Source: Planctomycetia bacterium (GTDB lineage: Bacteria; Planctomycetota; Planctomycetia; Pirellulales; UBA1268). From it: DNA of 58,805 bases. How positions within the stretch are numbered: position 1 is the stretch's first letter; each line of letters begins with the position of its first letter. A model generated the notes under the pieces. The model was not told the origin of the DNA and searched no databases. It was given only the letters and a program-made list of their open reading frames with translations. A program made the position numbers and the translations under genes. Positions 11,827-22,021 of the stretch are shown one piece after another. The stretch covers positions 1 to 58,805 of the forward strand of contig JBAXUY010000006.1 of NCBI GenBank assembly GCA_037129475.1. Direction: 5' to 3'.

Positions 11827-14800
11827 GGAGTTGTCCACGAAAATTCGTGGTCGCCCGCCCCTGCCTCTTTGCGGTGGCCATCGGGGAGGATGACGGTCGC
11901 CGTCGTGTGCTGTGGCACCGTGAACCTCGCCACGTAGCTGCCGTCCGGCCTGCGCTCCCAGGCTGCGCGAACCATGCCGTGTGGTGAGCGGTGTTCGGCT
12001 CGAACGTACGTGAGATCGCCCGCCGGCATCGGCTGCAACACGAAGTGTTTGAAGCCCGGCTGATCCGGGTCGGGTCGGATTCCGGCCAGGTATTCGTAGA
12101 ACCATGCGCCGATGTCGCCGAACATGATGTGGTTGTGGGAGCCGCCGCCCCACCAGTCTTCGGTAAGCGTCGTGCAGCCTTTCTCGATCATCCACCCGTA
12201 GCCGGGCGCCGTCTTCTGGCACACGACGCGCATGGCCTGCTCGTGATGGCCATGGTCGGAGAGCGCGCGAAAAAGGGCCTTCGCGCCGAGAATCCCCACG
12301 TCGACATGATCCTTGGCCGCCGTCACCGCCGCCGAGAGCTTGCCGGCTGCGGGTTTCCGCAGATGCTCGGGCAGGAGCCCGAAATGGAGCGCGCATGCCT
12401 GGGCGGCCTGGCTACCCGCGCCGACCGTGCCGTCGGGCTGCACGAACGCCTTCACGAAAGCTTCTCGCACCGAAGCAGCCAGGGCCCGATAGCGGGCCGC
12501 ATCGTCTGTCTTGCCGAGGACATCCGCCATGCGCGCGAGCCGTTCGAGAGCCCCGTGGTAGAAGCATGTGGACGTGATCTCGCGCGGCGTGCGGGTCTTG
12601 GCCGGGCTCCAGTCGCTGACGCCGTCCTTGATGATGAAGTCGGTGGCCGTGCGGGCATGGTAGTTGGCCCACTTCTGCATCATCGGATAGGAGGCAGCCA
12701 CGACCGTGCGGTCGGCCGTAAACTCGTACACGGTCCACGGGATGACGACCGCGGCCACGTTCCAGTCGCTTGCCTCGCCGCCCCAGCCGGCCGTGGGGCA
12801 GACGACCTTCAGCCGGCCCTCCTTGTCCTGCACGTCGAGAAAGTCGCCCATCCACTTTCGATAGCCGGCGGCGTTGTCGAAGTTGAACATGGCCTGCGCA
12901 CACGCCAGGTGCGCGTCGCCCGTCCAGCCCTTCTTCTCGCGCGTCGGGCAGTCGGTCGGGAACCCGTGGAAGTTGCCCCGGTAGCTGCGCCGGATCGCGG
13001 CATGGATCGCGTTCACGAGCGGATCGGAGCACTCGAACGATCCGGCCGACGGAAAATCGGTGTGCACGAACCGGGCCTCGACCGACGACGGCTCCGGTGT
13101 GCCGGGCCAGCCCTCGACCTCCACGTAGCGAAAGCCATGATACGTGAACCGCGGTTCCCACTCCTCCAGGCTGCCGTCGCCGCGCAGCGTGTAACGGTCT
13201 TGCTGGAACCAGCCACTCCAGATCAGGCCTCCGAGTTCGCGTTCGATCCGTCCGTCGCGAAGTTGCTCGCCGAACCGCAGGCGGATCTCCGTGCCCGCCG
13301 GCCCCCGCACGCGGAGCCGCGCCCAGCCTGAGATGTTCTCGCCGAAGTCGTAAAGCCAGACGCCGGGCCGCGTTTGGGTAAGTTTCACGGCAGGCAGCGT
13401 CGCGGTGACGCGCATCGGTGCCAGCGCTTCCGGCCGTAGCATGCCGGCCGGAGGCTTCATCCGCTCCGCGTATGCCCAGGCCGAGTCGTCGAATGCCGGC
13501 GTGTCCCACCCGCGCCATTCCTTCCGCGCATCGTAGACCTCGCCATTCATGAAGGCATCGACGAGCACAGGGCCATAGGCGGCCCGCCACGACTCGTCGC
13601 TCGTGATCGTCTGCTCCGAGCCGTCCGCATATTCGATGCGGAGCGTGACCAGGAGCTTCGGCCGGTCTTTCCAGGGCGACTGATCGAAGTTCCAGGCCGT
13701 TTTCACGGTCTCCGCGAACCAGCCATGGCCGAGCATTACGCCGATCGCGTTGCGGCCCGGCTGCACGAGTCGCGTGACATCTCGCTCCGTGTAGAGCACC
13801 GTCTTGTCGTATTGCGTCATTGCCGGACCGAGCACGGCATCGTCCAACGGCGTGCCGTTCATCGATACGACGTGGCAGCCGAGGCCGCTGCTCTGCAGCG
13901 TGGCCTGCTTCACGGGCTTGTCGACGGTGAAGGTCTTGCGCAGCAGTGGCGCGGGCGCCGACTGATTGCTCCCCGGAAAAAAGCCGCCGGGAGCGACGGA
14001 GCCCCAGGGAGCGATCCCGACGTCGCCGAGCCGCACCGCAGACTTCCAGCTCGCGATGGGCGTCTCCGGCGCCGCCCATTTCCCATCGGCGTCCGCCGAG
14101 TCGGTCCAGAGCACGTCACCCGCGCCCGGCGTCAGTTCCTGCACGAAGCCGTCGTCGAATTCGATGACGATCTTGAGTGCCCAGCCTGCGGGCCCCCCGC
14201 CGTTGCGGCCTGCGATGCCGATCACGTTCGGCCCTGGCCGCAGGTATTCGGTCACTTCGCGCTCGACTGGTTTCGCCCAGTTCGTCGCCTCGCACCGCCT
14301 GTGTCCGTTGATGAACAGGTCGGCTCGGTCGTCGCCGGTGAGCCGCACCCAGGCAGTGCGGATCGTGACCGCGCGTGCGTCGGGCAGTCGCACGTTCCAG
14401 CGGAAGACACGCTGCCCTGCGGCCGCCGGATCGGTCGCGCTCCGTGCCTCGCCAGTCCAGATCCACCCAACGCCCTTCCAGTCGAGCTTGCTCTCGGCAC
14501 CCTGTAAGGACTGCTGCCGCTCGACCGGCTGGTTGAAGCCGATCCATGCGCCCTCGGGCTTTTTCGGCACACGCTTCGCGAGGGCGGCGAGTTGCGTGGG
14601 CGTGACGAAGACGACGTGGTCGGGCTTCTGGGCCACGAGTTGCCTGAGCGGCTCCTTCTTCCATTCCCAGCAGGAGATCACGCTCGACACGAGCACCGGC
14701 TCGCCGGCTGCGAGCTTCCGGCCCACCAGCAGATCGAGGTCGGTGTAAAAGGCCCGCGCCATCGCCGCGCCACCATCTTCCGTCGCAGGCGGATGAAACG

Positions 14801-17105
14801 TTAGCGTGCCGGGTGTGCTGCTCCAGAACGCCGGCTTCCCGCTCGGCAGCCGCTCGACGAGGCCCTCGGGATCGTCGCCCCGCCGGTTCCAACTATTGAT
14901 TATGCTGTGGCAAAAAGGGAGTGCGCGGGCGTAGCGATCAGCGAGCGGCTCGCCCCGCGGAGAGATGTTGAGCGTGGCGAGGCCGAGCGCCGTCATCGAG
15001 CGCGTCGTATCGGCAAAGAAGATGTTCCAGGCGGCCTCGCGGTCGGCCAGCCGGGTGCCGAACACCTCCGGGCTCACGTAGGTCGCTCCGCTCACGCCGC
15101 ACACGAACTCGACGCCGGCGCGGGCCTGCTCGAAATACCAGCGGGTGGCGGCGGGCATCGCCTCGCGAATCGTCGGTCCGACCGTGATCCCGAGGGGGAG
15201 CTCGGGCGAGTCAGGGGCGAAGTAGTGCTGCCGGAAGTAATCCATCCAGGGCGAGAGGTTGTCGCCATCGGAGATGACGAGGCTCGCGTAGATCTTCCCA
15301 GCCTCGAGCGAAGGCGCTGCGGGCTGGGCGGGCTGCCGCACTGGCGGCAGCGGTGCGCCGGCCATCACGCTCATGTTCGCGAGGCCGTCGCTTGGCACGT
15401 AGCCGTGCGAGTAGGGCGTGGCCTGCATGACGGCGATGTATTCGTCGACGCCGAGCCGGGGGCCGAACGATGGCCAGCCCATCACGACCGAGTGCGTGTC
15501 CATCGCAGCGAGCATCCGCGCCACGAGGTCGTGTTCGCGGGCCGGGTCGGCTCCCTTGGCGAAGGCATCGTCCTTGTAGGCGGTCCATACCAGCGGGATC
15601 CGCCACTGGTAGCACTGGTCGACGTTGCCCCAGGCGAGCCGCGCGGGATGAAAGTAGTTGAGCGCATGCCGGCTGAACCGATCGCGATAGGTCTGCCAGA
15701 CCCACTCCATACCGTCGAGATACGTGGCGAACCGTCCCCGCAGGTCGACCTTCACCGGGAGGCCGAGCTTCTCGGCGAGCGCGGGCGTGCAGAGCAGGAG
15801 ATCCTCGCAGGCAGCCAAGTTCATGGCGATCACGTCGCCGCGGTCGCAGGCCGGGTCGGCGACGATGGCTCCTTTGATCTCGGCGGCGTGCGTCTTCACA
15901 AGCTGCGCCCAGTCGGCTACAAGGTCGTAGCCATCGATCGCGCCCTGCCGCACGTGCTCGTCGAGCCAGAAGCGGTCTTGGTCGTGCGGCGCTCCGGATC
16001 GCAGCAGCCAGATCGAGGGCTGGCGGCGGCTCGTCAGACCTTGCAGGCAGCACAACGCCGCGCGCTCGTCCGGCGGAAGCTTCGAGAGATCGACGGCGGC
16101 CAGACGCGATGCAGGGGCGGGGGAACGCGGCACAAGCGAGTCGCCCCACGGGCGCGGCGACCGCTCGATCGGCAGATTCGCGGGCAGCGCGTCGGGCTTC
16201 GGAAGGGAGTCGAGCTTCGCATCGGCCGCTGCCACATCGGTCGGGGGCAGGATTCGCTTCTCCTGAAGACACCAGAGCACGCCACGCACGAGCAGTTGTT
16301 CGGCAAACCAGCGTTCGCGAGTGTCGAGGTTCCAGCATGTCTGGCCTAGCCAGACGTCGCATGCGCCATTGGCCTCGGGGCACCGCCGCTTGATCGCCGC
16401 GGCGATCGGCAGGGCGGGGCCGGCGCCCTCTTGCTCCACCGTCACGAGCGGGATCAGCTGATCACCGGCCGGCAGTGACTTCGGGTCGAGCCGCTGCTGG
16501 TTTGGAAGGCTGCTCGCGAGCATCGCCGGCGTGATGCCGAGCGGATTCTGCGGCACGGTCCGCGTGCAGGGGCGGTCGTGCCGAACGGTGCCGGCCGTGC
16601 GCAGGAGGAGGATGCCTGCGGCATCGGCTCGCTGGGCCTCCGTCGCGGGTGACGTGGTCCATCGTGGCTGATCAGGCGACCCAGCCGCGGCGCGTGTGGC
16701 CACCTTCGCGAGCGGTTCTCGAAACCAGACGAGGCATCCCCCCGCGCGGCGAAACGCCTGGAGGGCGGGAAGAGCGGCTTCCGGCAGGGCGTCGGTGTCG
16801 GGCAGCACGAGCACGGGGAGCTTCGTGGCGTCGAGCCGCGCCGGGTCGGCGAGTCCTTCGGCCGAGAGCCGTGTCACGGCCATGTGTGCCCCGAGGATGT
16901 CGGCTATCAACGGCGCCGGGACGACGTCGTTGCGCGAGAGCGTGGACCAGTCGGGATCGACGAACACGGCCACCTGGCCATGGGCCGTGTGCAGGGAAAG
17001 CGCGACTGCGAGCGCGCCCAGGCAGCCGAACACGCTGGCTTGGCGGTGGGGGTGATGGATGGGCGGGAAACTCATGTGCGGCGTGCGAGTGGCGGATGAT
17101 GGCAT
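11823..17105 (-). CDS. Secreted multidomain glycoside hydrolase: GATase-like domain + GxGYxYP-family domains + beta-sandwich + GH78 alpha-L-rhamnosidase
   Basis: Signal peptide (..SLHTAHG-Q); CLQGLTSRRQPSIWL and ISDGDNL (GxGYxYP N/C); APLLRKTF, GEVYDAR, YDFGENISGW, FTYHGFRYVEV, PTDCPTREKKGWTGD, SHNHIMFG (GH78); alternative start 17075. Confidence 0.85.
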   Translation of the reverse strand: MPSSATRTPHMSFPPIHHPHRQASVFGCLGALAVALSLHTAHGQVAVFVDPDWSTLSRNDVVPAPLIADILGAHMAVTRLSAEGLADPARLDATKLPVLVLPDTDALPEAALPALQAFRRAGGCLVWFREPLAKVATRAAAGSPDQPRWTTSPATEAQRADAAGILLLRTAGTVRHDRPCTRTVPQNPLGITPAMLASSLPNQQRLDPKSLPAGDQLIPLVTVEQEGAGPALPIAAAIKRRCPEANGACDVWLGQTCWNLDTRERWFAEQLLVRGVLWCLQEKRILPPTDVAAADAKLDSLPKPDALPANLPIERSPRPWGDSLVPRSPAPASRLAAVDLSKLPPDERAALCCLQGLTSRRQPSIWLLRSGAPHDQDRFWLDEHVRQGAIDGYDLVADWAQLVKTHAAEIKGAIVADPACDRGDVIAMNLAACEDLLLCTPALAEKLGLPVKVDLRGRFATYLDGMEWVWQTYRDRFSRHALNYFHPARLAWGNVDQCYQWRIPLVWTAYKDDAFAKGADPAREHDLVARMLAAMDTHSVVMGWPSFGPRLGVDEYIAVMQATPYSHGYVPSDGLANMSVMAGAPLPPVRQPAQPAAPSLEAGKIYASLVISDGDNLSPWMDYFRQHYFAPDSPELPLGITVGPTIREAMPAATRWYFEQARAGVEFVCGVSGATYVSPEVFGTRLADREAAWNIFFADTTRSMTALGLATLNISPRGEPLADRYARALPFCHSIINSWNRRGDDPEGLVERLPSGKPAFWSSTPGTLTFHPPATEDGGAAMARAFYTDLDLLVGRKLAAGEPVLVSSVISCWEWKKEPLRQLVAQKPDHVVFVTPTQLAALAKRVPKKPEGAWIGFNQPVERQQSLQGAESKLDWKGVGWIWTGEARSATDPAAAGQRVFRWNVRLPDARAVTIRTAWVRLTGDDRADLFINGHRRCEATNWAKPVEREVTEYLRPGPNVIGIAGRNGGGPAGWALKIVIEFDDGFVQELTPGAGDVLWTDSADADGKWAAPETPIASWKSAVRLGDVGIAPWGSVAPGGFFPGSNQSAPAPLLRKTFTVDKPVKQATLQSSGLGCHVVSMNGTPLDDAVLGPAMTQYDKTVLYTERDVTRLVQPGRNAIGVMLGHGWFAETVKTAWNFDQSPWKDRPKLLVTLRIEYADGSEQTITSDESWRAAYGPVLVDAFMNGEVYDARKEWRGWDTPAFDDSAWAYAERMKPPAGMLRPEALAPMRVTATLPAVKLTQTRPGVWLYDFGENISGWARLRVRGPAGTEIRLRFGEQLRDGRIERELGGLIWSGWFQQDRYTLRGDGSLEEWEPRFTYHGFRYVEVEGWPGTPEPSSVEARFVHTDFPSAGSFECSDPLVNAIHAAIRRSYRGNFHGFPTDCPTREKKGWTGDAHLACAQAMFNFDNAAGYRKWMGDFLDVQDKEGRLKVVCPTAGWGGEASDWNVAAVVIPWTVYEFTADRTVVAASYPMMQKWANYHARTATDFIIKDGVSDWSPAKTRTPREITSTCFYHGALERLARMADVLGKTDDAARYRALAASVREAFVKAFVQPDGTVGAGSQAAQACALHFGLLPEHLRKPAAGKLSAAVTAAKDHVDVGILGAKALFRALSDHGHHEQAMRVVCQKTAPGYGWMIEKGCTTLTEDWWGGGSHNHIMFGDIGAWFYEYLAGIRPDPDQPGFKHFVLQPMPAGDLTYVRAEHRSPHGMVRAAWERRPDGSYVARFTVPQHTTATVILPDGHRKEAGAGDHEFSWTTP

Positions 17106-17142
17106 GCGTTCGATCGTCCGCTCGGCCGCAGCGCACTGCCAG

Positions 17143-17158
17143 TCAACAGAATTGCCGA
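17143..17158. promoter_or_regulatory. Degenerate TCGGCA-N4-TGCCGA site upstream of the rhamnosidase
   Basis: TCAACA-GAAT-TGCCGA, 38 nt upstream of ATG 17105. Confidence 0.5.
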
Positions 17159-17431
17159 CGCGCGGGCGGTCCTTCAGGATCGGTCCACCGCGAGTGTGCC
17201 GACCGCGCAGACCACGCGGGCCCGTCGAGGCCAGGCTGGAAGAGAAAGGTCAACAAGGAATATCCTCTTTTTTGCTGATAACCGCGTAACCTTCCCGATG
17301 CAATAAAAGAGATCCGATGGAACTGCCGGATTGACGTCGGCGCGACTGTCTTCTCGCGGAACTCGGGGCTTCACGTGCGGATGTGTGCCGTGCAACAGAG
17401 CGAGCGATAAACTGGGCCACTCGGTAGCCAC

Positions 17432-20400
17432 ATGCACTCGGCACGAATCATGTCCCTGATCCTTGCATTGCTGTTGCATGGCGTCGCACTGTTGATGCCA
17501 GGCGTCGCTGCGGCCGCTGGCCCGGACTTCGCTCGGGACGTGCGGTCAATCCTTTCGAATCGGTGCTTCAAGTGCCACGGCCCCGACGAGGGGAACCGCG
17601 AGGCCGGGCTGCGGCTTGACCATCGTGACGTTGCGATCGGCGAGCTCGACAGCGGCCGCCGCGCGATTGTTCCGGGGCATCCTGGCGACAGTGAATTGGT
17701 GGCCCGGATCGTGAGCGACGACCCCGATCTGGTGATGCCACCGCCGCACACGAAGTCCACACTGACGCCGGACGAGAAGCGGATTCTGACCGAGTGGATC
17801 GCCGTCGGTGCGCCCTATGCCCCACATTGGGCATTCGTGACACCGGAGCAGCCTGCGGTTCCGGAACTCGCGTCCGCGCCAGCAGGCTGGCACAGAAACC
17901 CGATCGACGCTTTCGTGCTTCAACGGCTCCAGGACGAGGCGATTGCCCCGAGCCCGGAGGCAGACAAGGCGACGCTGTGCCGCCGCGTGTATCTCGACCT
18001 GGTCGGCCTTTCGCCGTCGCCAGCCGAATTGGATGCGTTCCTCGCGGATCCGGCGCCGGACGCCTATGAGCGGCTGGTCGACAGGTTGCTGGCGAGCCCG
18101 CGCTACGGCGAGCGCTGGGCGCGTCGGTGGCTCGACCTCGCCCGCTACGCCGATACCAATGGCTACGAAAAGGACCGCGATCGCTCGATCTGGCCGTACC
18201 GCGACTGGGTGATTCGCGCCCTGAACGACGACATGCCGTTTGACGAGTTCACGATCAAGCAGCTCGCCGGCGATCTGCTGCCTGACCCCACGGCGAACGA
18301 CATCATCGCTACGGGCTTCCACCGCAACACGATGATCAACGAGGAAGGGGGCATCGATCCGCTCGAGTTTCGCTACCTCGCCATCGTGGATCGCGTGAAT
18401 ACGACCGGCGCCGCGTGGCTGGGCCTCACGTTCGCCTGCGCCCAGTGCCACACGCACAAGTTCGATCCCATCACCCACACCGACTATTTCGGTGTCTTCG
18501 CGATGCTCAACAACGCCGACGAGCCGGAGTGGCTGATCCCGGGGCCGGACTTGGACCAACGACGGGCTTCGCTCGCCCGCCAGCTCGACGAGGCCTGGAA
18601 GACAATTCCTGACAAGTGGCCGGCGAAGGCCGTGGCGGCTCCGGAGCAGGTGGCAGGATCCGGCGAGCCGGGCATGGCGATCGACGTCGAGCCGACGGCA
18701 GCGGAGCAGCTCGCACGGCGGTTCGAGGAGTGGCAGCGCGAAGAGGCCGCGCGGGCGGTCGCCTGGGGCGTCTTGCGACCTGCTGCCATGCAGGCGAATG
18801 TGCCGCGTCTCACAAGTCGCGATGACGGGACGATCGTTGCCAGCGGCGACTTCACGAAGAGCGACACGTACGAGATCGAGCTGCCTCCGTCGCCGAAGCC
18901 GGTGCGTGCGATCCGGCTCGAGGTGCTTCCCGACGAAAGCCTTCCGAATCACGGCCCCGGGGTCACTTGGTATGAGGGGCTGCCAGGATCGTTCTTCCTG
19001 TCGGAGTTCAAGGTGGCCGTCGGCGGGCGCGGCCGGCAGGTTGCCTCGGCAACCCACTCGTTCGCGTGGGAAAAAGACACGGCCGCAGCCGCCATCGACG
19101 GCGAGATGTCGACCGGTTGGAGCACGCACTCGGAGCAGGGCCAGCCACACGCCGCCGTGTTCGTGCTGGCAGAGCCAGTGATGCCGGGCGAGCCGATTAC
19201 GGTTTCACTTTTGTTCGAGCGACATTTTTCCGCGGCGCTCGGCTGCTTTCGACTGTCGGTCACCGACGAAGAGTCGGCCGAGTCACGGGGCCTGACCGCC
19301 GCCGAAGAACGGATCATGCTCAAGGACGTATCGGAACGGACTCTCGAAGAGAGGCAGGCCGTCTTCCGTCGGTTCCTGGCGCGGGCACCGGAACTGGCGG
19401 AGCCCATGAAGTCGATTCGGTGGCTCGAAGGATCGATGCGCAGCGGCACCCGTTCGCTCGTCCTCAAGGAGCGACCGGCAGACAATCCCCGCAAGACTTT
19501 TCGCCACCATCGCGGCGAATACACGCAGCCGAAAGAGGAGGTGCAACCCGCCACGCCGTCGTTCCTGCCTCCCTTGCCTCCGGGTGTGCCACCCACACGG
19601 CTCGGCCTCGCGAAGTGGCTCGTCGCGCCGGACAACCCGCTCACCGCCCGCGTCGCCGTCAACCGACACTGGCAGGCGTTCTTTGGCCGCGGGTTCGTTC
19701 CATCGCTCGAGGATCTGGGCCATCAAAGCGAAACCCCAAGCCATCAGGATCTGCTCGACTGGCTAGCGACGACGTATTCCCGGGATCTCGCCTGGTCCAC
19801 CAAGAAACTCCATCGCCTCATCGTGGCCAGCGCGACCTACCGGCAGGTGTCGGCTGTGACGCCTGCCCTCGCCGAGCGCGATCCCAAGAACGTGCTCCTG
19901 GCCCGGGGCCCGCGGATCCGGTTGGAGGCCGAGGTGATCCGGGACTCCCTCCTGAAGGCGGCCGGCCTCCTGTCGGAAAAGATGTACGGCCCCGGCGTTC
20001 GCCCGCCGCAGCCGGCGGGTGTTACGGAAGTGGCCTACGGCGAGCCCAAGTGGGTGCCGAGCGGCGGGGAAGACCGGTATCGCCGCAGCATCTACACGTT
20101 CCAGAAACGCACGGCTCCGTTCGCGATGACGACCACGTTTGACGGCCCGACGGGCGAGGCATGCGTGCCGCGTCGCGACGTCTCGAACTCCGCGCTCCAG
20201 TCGCTCACCCTTCTCAACGATCCGATGTTCGTCGAGGCGGCGCAATCGCTGGGCCGTGTCGTCGCAGTGGCCGGTTCCGACGACGACACTCGGCTTCGGG
20301 ACCTCGCGAGGCGAGTCCTCTCCCGCGAATTCGACGACGCGGAAACGTCGTTCATGAGGGCCTTTCTCGACACGCAGCGGCAGCGGGTGGCGGCCGGTGA

Positions 20401-20515
20401 ACTCGACGCCAAACGGCTCGCCGGAACCGATGGCCCTGACGCCCAGGAACGGGCGGTGTGGATGCTGACGGGCCGCATCGTCATGAATCTCGATGAGACG
20501 GTCGTGAAAAAATAG
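17432..20515 (+). CDS. PSD1 and planctomycete cytochrome c domain protein (PSCyt1/DUF1549/DUF1553)
   Basis: Signal peptide; CFKCH and CAQCHTHKFDPI heme motifs; NPIDAFV, YGERWARRWLDLARYADT, NPLTARVAVNRHWQ. Confidence 0.93.
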   Translation: MHSARIMSLILALLLHGVALLMPGVAAAAGPDFARDVRSILSNRCFKCHGPDEGNREAGLRLDHRDVAIGELDSGRRAIVPGHPGDSELVARIVSDDPDLVMPPPHTKSTLTPDEKRILTEWIAVGAPYAPHWAFVTPEQPAVPELASAPAGWHRNPIDAFVLQRLQDEAIAPSPEADKATLCRRVYLDLVGLSPSPAELDAFLADPAPDAYERLVDRLLASPRYGERWARRWLDLARYADTNGYEKDRDRSIWPYRDWVIRALNDDMPFDEFTIKQLAGDLLPDPTANDIIATGFHRNTMINEEGGIDPLEFRYLAIVDRVNTTGAAWLGLTFACAQCHTHKFDPITHTDYFGVFAMLNNADEPEWLIPGPDLDQRRASLARQLDEAWKTIPDKWPAKAVAAPEQVAGSGEPGMAIDVEPTAAEQLARRFEEWQREEAARAVAWGVLRPAAMQANVPRLTSRDDGTIVASGDFTKSDTYEIELPPSPKPVRAIRLEVLPDESLPNHGPGVTWYEGLPGSFFLSEFKVAVGGRGRQVASATHSFAWEKDTAAAAIDGEMSTGWSTHSEQGQPHAAVFVLAEPVMPGEPITVSLLFERHFSAALGCFRLSVTDEESAESRGLTAAEERIMLKDVSERTLEERQAVFRRFLARAPELAEPMKSIRWLEGSMRSGTRSLVLKERPADNPRKTFRHHRGEYTQPKEEVQPATPSFLPPLPPGVPPTRLGLAKWLVAPDNPLTARVAVNRHWQAFFGRGFVPSLEDLGHQSETPSHQDLLDWLATTYSRDLAWSTKKLHRLIVASATYRQVSAVTPALAERDPKNVLLARGPRIRLEAEVIRDSLLKAAGLLSEKMYGPGVRPPQPAGVTEVAYGEPKWVPSGGEDRYRRSIYTFQKRTAPFAMTTTFDGPTGEACVPRRDVSNSALQSLTLLNDPMFVEAAQSLGRVVAVAGSDDDTRLRDLARRVLSREFDDAETSFMRAFLDTQRQRVAAGELDAKRLAGTDGPDAQERAVWMLTGRIVMNLDETVVKK

Positions 20516-20547
20516 GGCGAGCATCCATTCCGGATCGGAGCGAAACG

Positions 20548-21981
20548 ATGACCAGTCTCGACATCACCCGCCGTCATTTCTTCAATGATTGCGGCATCGG
20601 GGTCGGCAAACTCGCGCTGGCCGGCCTGCTCGCTGAGGCCTTGCCCGCTCGGCCGGCAGCCGGCGGATCGTCGGCGTCTCTCTCGCCGCTGGCGGCTCGG
20701 GCCGGACATTTTCCCGGCCGTGCGCAGGCGGTGATCCAGCTCTTCATGGCCGGGGCCCCGAGCCAGCTCGACATGTTCGACTACAAGCCGAAACTTGCGG
20801 CGATCGAGGGCAAGCCGATTCCCCCGGAGGTGATCGGCGGCCAGCGGTACGCGTTCATCCGGCCCGACGCGGCGGTGCTCGGGCCGCAGTTTCGGTTCGG
20901 CCGGCACGGGCAGTGCGGTGCCGACATCTCGGAGGCCCTGCCCCATCTGGCCCGCGTAGTCGACGAGATCGCGATCGTGCGCAGTTGCCGCACAGACCAG
21001 TTCAATCATGCGCCGGCCCAGATTTTCATGAACTGCGGCTTCGCGCAGCCGGGGCGGCCGAGCATGGGTTCGTGGGTGACGTATGGCCTTGGCAGCGAAA
21101 GCGACGACCTGCCAGCCTTCATCGTGATGAGCACCGGGGGCGGGGTGAGCGGCGGCAGCGCCAACTGGTCAAGCGGCTTTCTCCCGAGCGTCTACAGCGG
21201 TACACGGTTTCGCAAGGCGGGCTCTCCGATCCTGAACGTCGAGATGCCCGACGGGGCGGATCGGCGCCTGGAATTCGACACGCTCCGGGCGATCACCGCG
21301 CTCAACCGCCAGCGGCTTGCGATCGACGGCGACCCGGAGATCGCCACGCGGATCGCCAGCTACGAGATGGCCCATCGGCTCCAGACGTCGGCCCCGAACC
21401 TCATGAATCTTGCCGATGAGTCGGCCGAAACGCTCGCGCTCTATGGCTGCAAGCCCGAGGAGGCAAGTTTCGCACGCGCCTGCCTGATCGCCCGGCGGCT
21501 CGTCGAGCGGGGTGTGCGGTTCATCACGATCTACCACGAGGGCTGGGATGGCCACTCGGACGTGGCCGGCAACGTCCGCGGCAACTGCGGCGCCACCGAT
21601 CGGGGCAGCGCCGCCCTAATCCTCGATCTCAAGCGGCGCGGGCTGCTCGACAGCACGCTCGTGGTCTGGGGTGGTGAATTCGGCCGCACGCCGATGGTAG
21701 AGGCCAGCGCCGTGCTCAAGCGGTCGAAGGGCCGCGATCATCACCCCAACGCGTTCACGATGTGGCTTGCCGGCGGCGGCATCAAGGGAGGCATCAGCTA
21801 CGGCGAGACCGATGAGTTGGGCTTCCACGTGGCCCGCGACGAGGTGCACGTGCACGACCTCCAAGCCACGATCATGCACTGTCTCGGCCTCGATCACGAG
21901 CGGCTGACGTATCGCTACCAGGGGCGCGACTTCCGGCTCACCGACGTCCACGGGCATGTCGTCAGCCGTCTCCTGGCGTAA
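20548..21981 (+). CDS. DUF1501 domain protein (Tat-exported, sulfatase-like fold)
   Basis: TRRHFF Tat motif; LFMAGAPSQLDMFDYKP, GRPSMGSWVTYGLG, WGGEFGRTP, GRDHHP. Confidence 0.92.
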   Translation: MTSLDITRRHFFNDCGIGVGKLALAGLLAEALPARPAAGGSSASLSPLAARAGHFPGRAQAVIQLFMAGAPSQLDMFDYKPKLAAIEGKPIPPEVIGGQRYAFIRPDAAVLGPQFRFGRHGQCGADISEALPHLARVVDEIAIVRSCRTDQFNHAPAQIFMNCGFAQPGRPSMGSWVTYGLGSESDDLPAFIVMSTGGGVSGGSANWSSGFLPSVYSGTRFRKAGSPILNVEMPDGADRRLEFDTLRAITALNRQRLAIDGDPEIATRIASYEMAHRLQTSAPNLMNLADESAETLALYGCKPEEASFARACLIARRLVERGVRFITIYHEGWDGHSDVAGNVRGNCGATDRGSAALILDLKRRGLLDSTLVVWGGEFGRTPMVEASAVLKRSKGRDHHPNAFTMWLAGGGIKGGISYGETDELGFHVARDEVHVHDLQATIMHCLGLDHERLTYRYQGRDFRLTDVHGHVVSRLLA

Positions 21982-22021
21982 GGCTCAAGACAAACTGAGG
22001 ACACGTGGAGATGGTCTTGCC

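Noticed and set aside
17432-21981. PSD1 cytochrome c + DUF1501 pair as a novel system
   Set aside because: A very common multi-copy pair in planctomycetes; function unknown but nothing distinctive here
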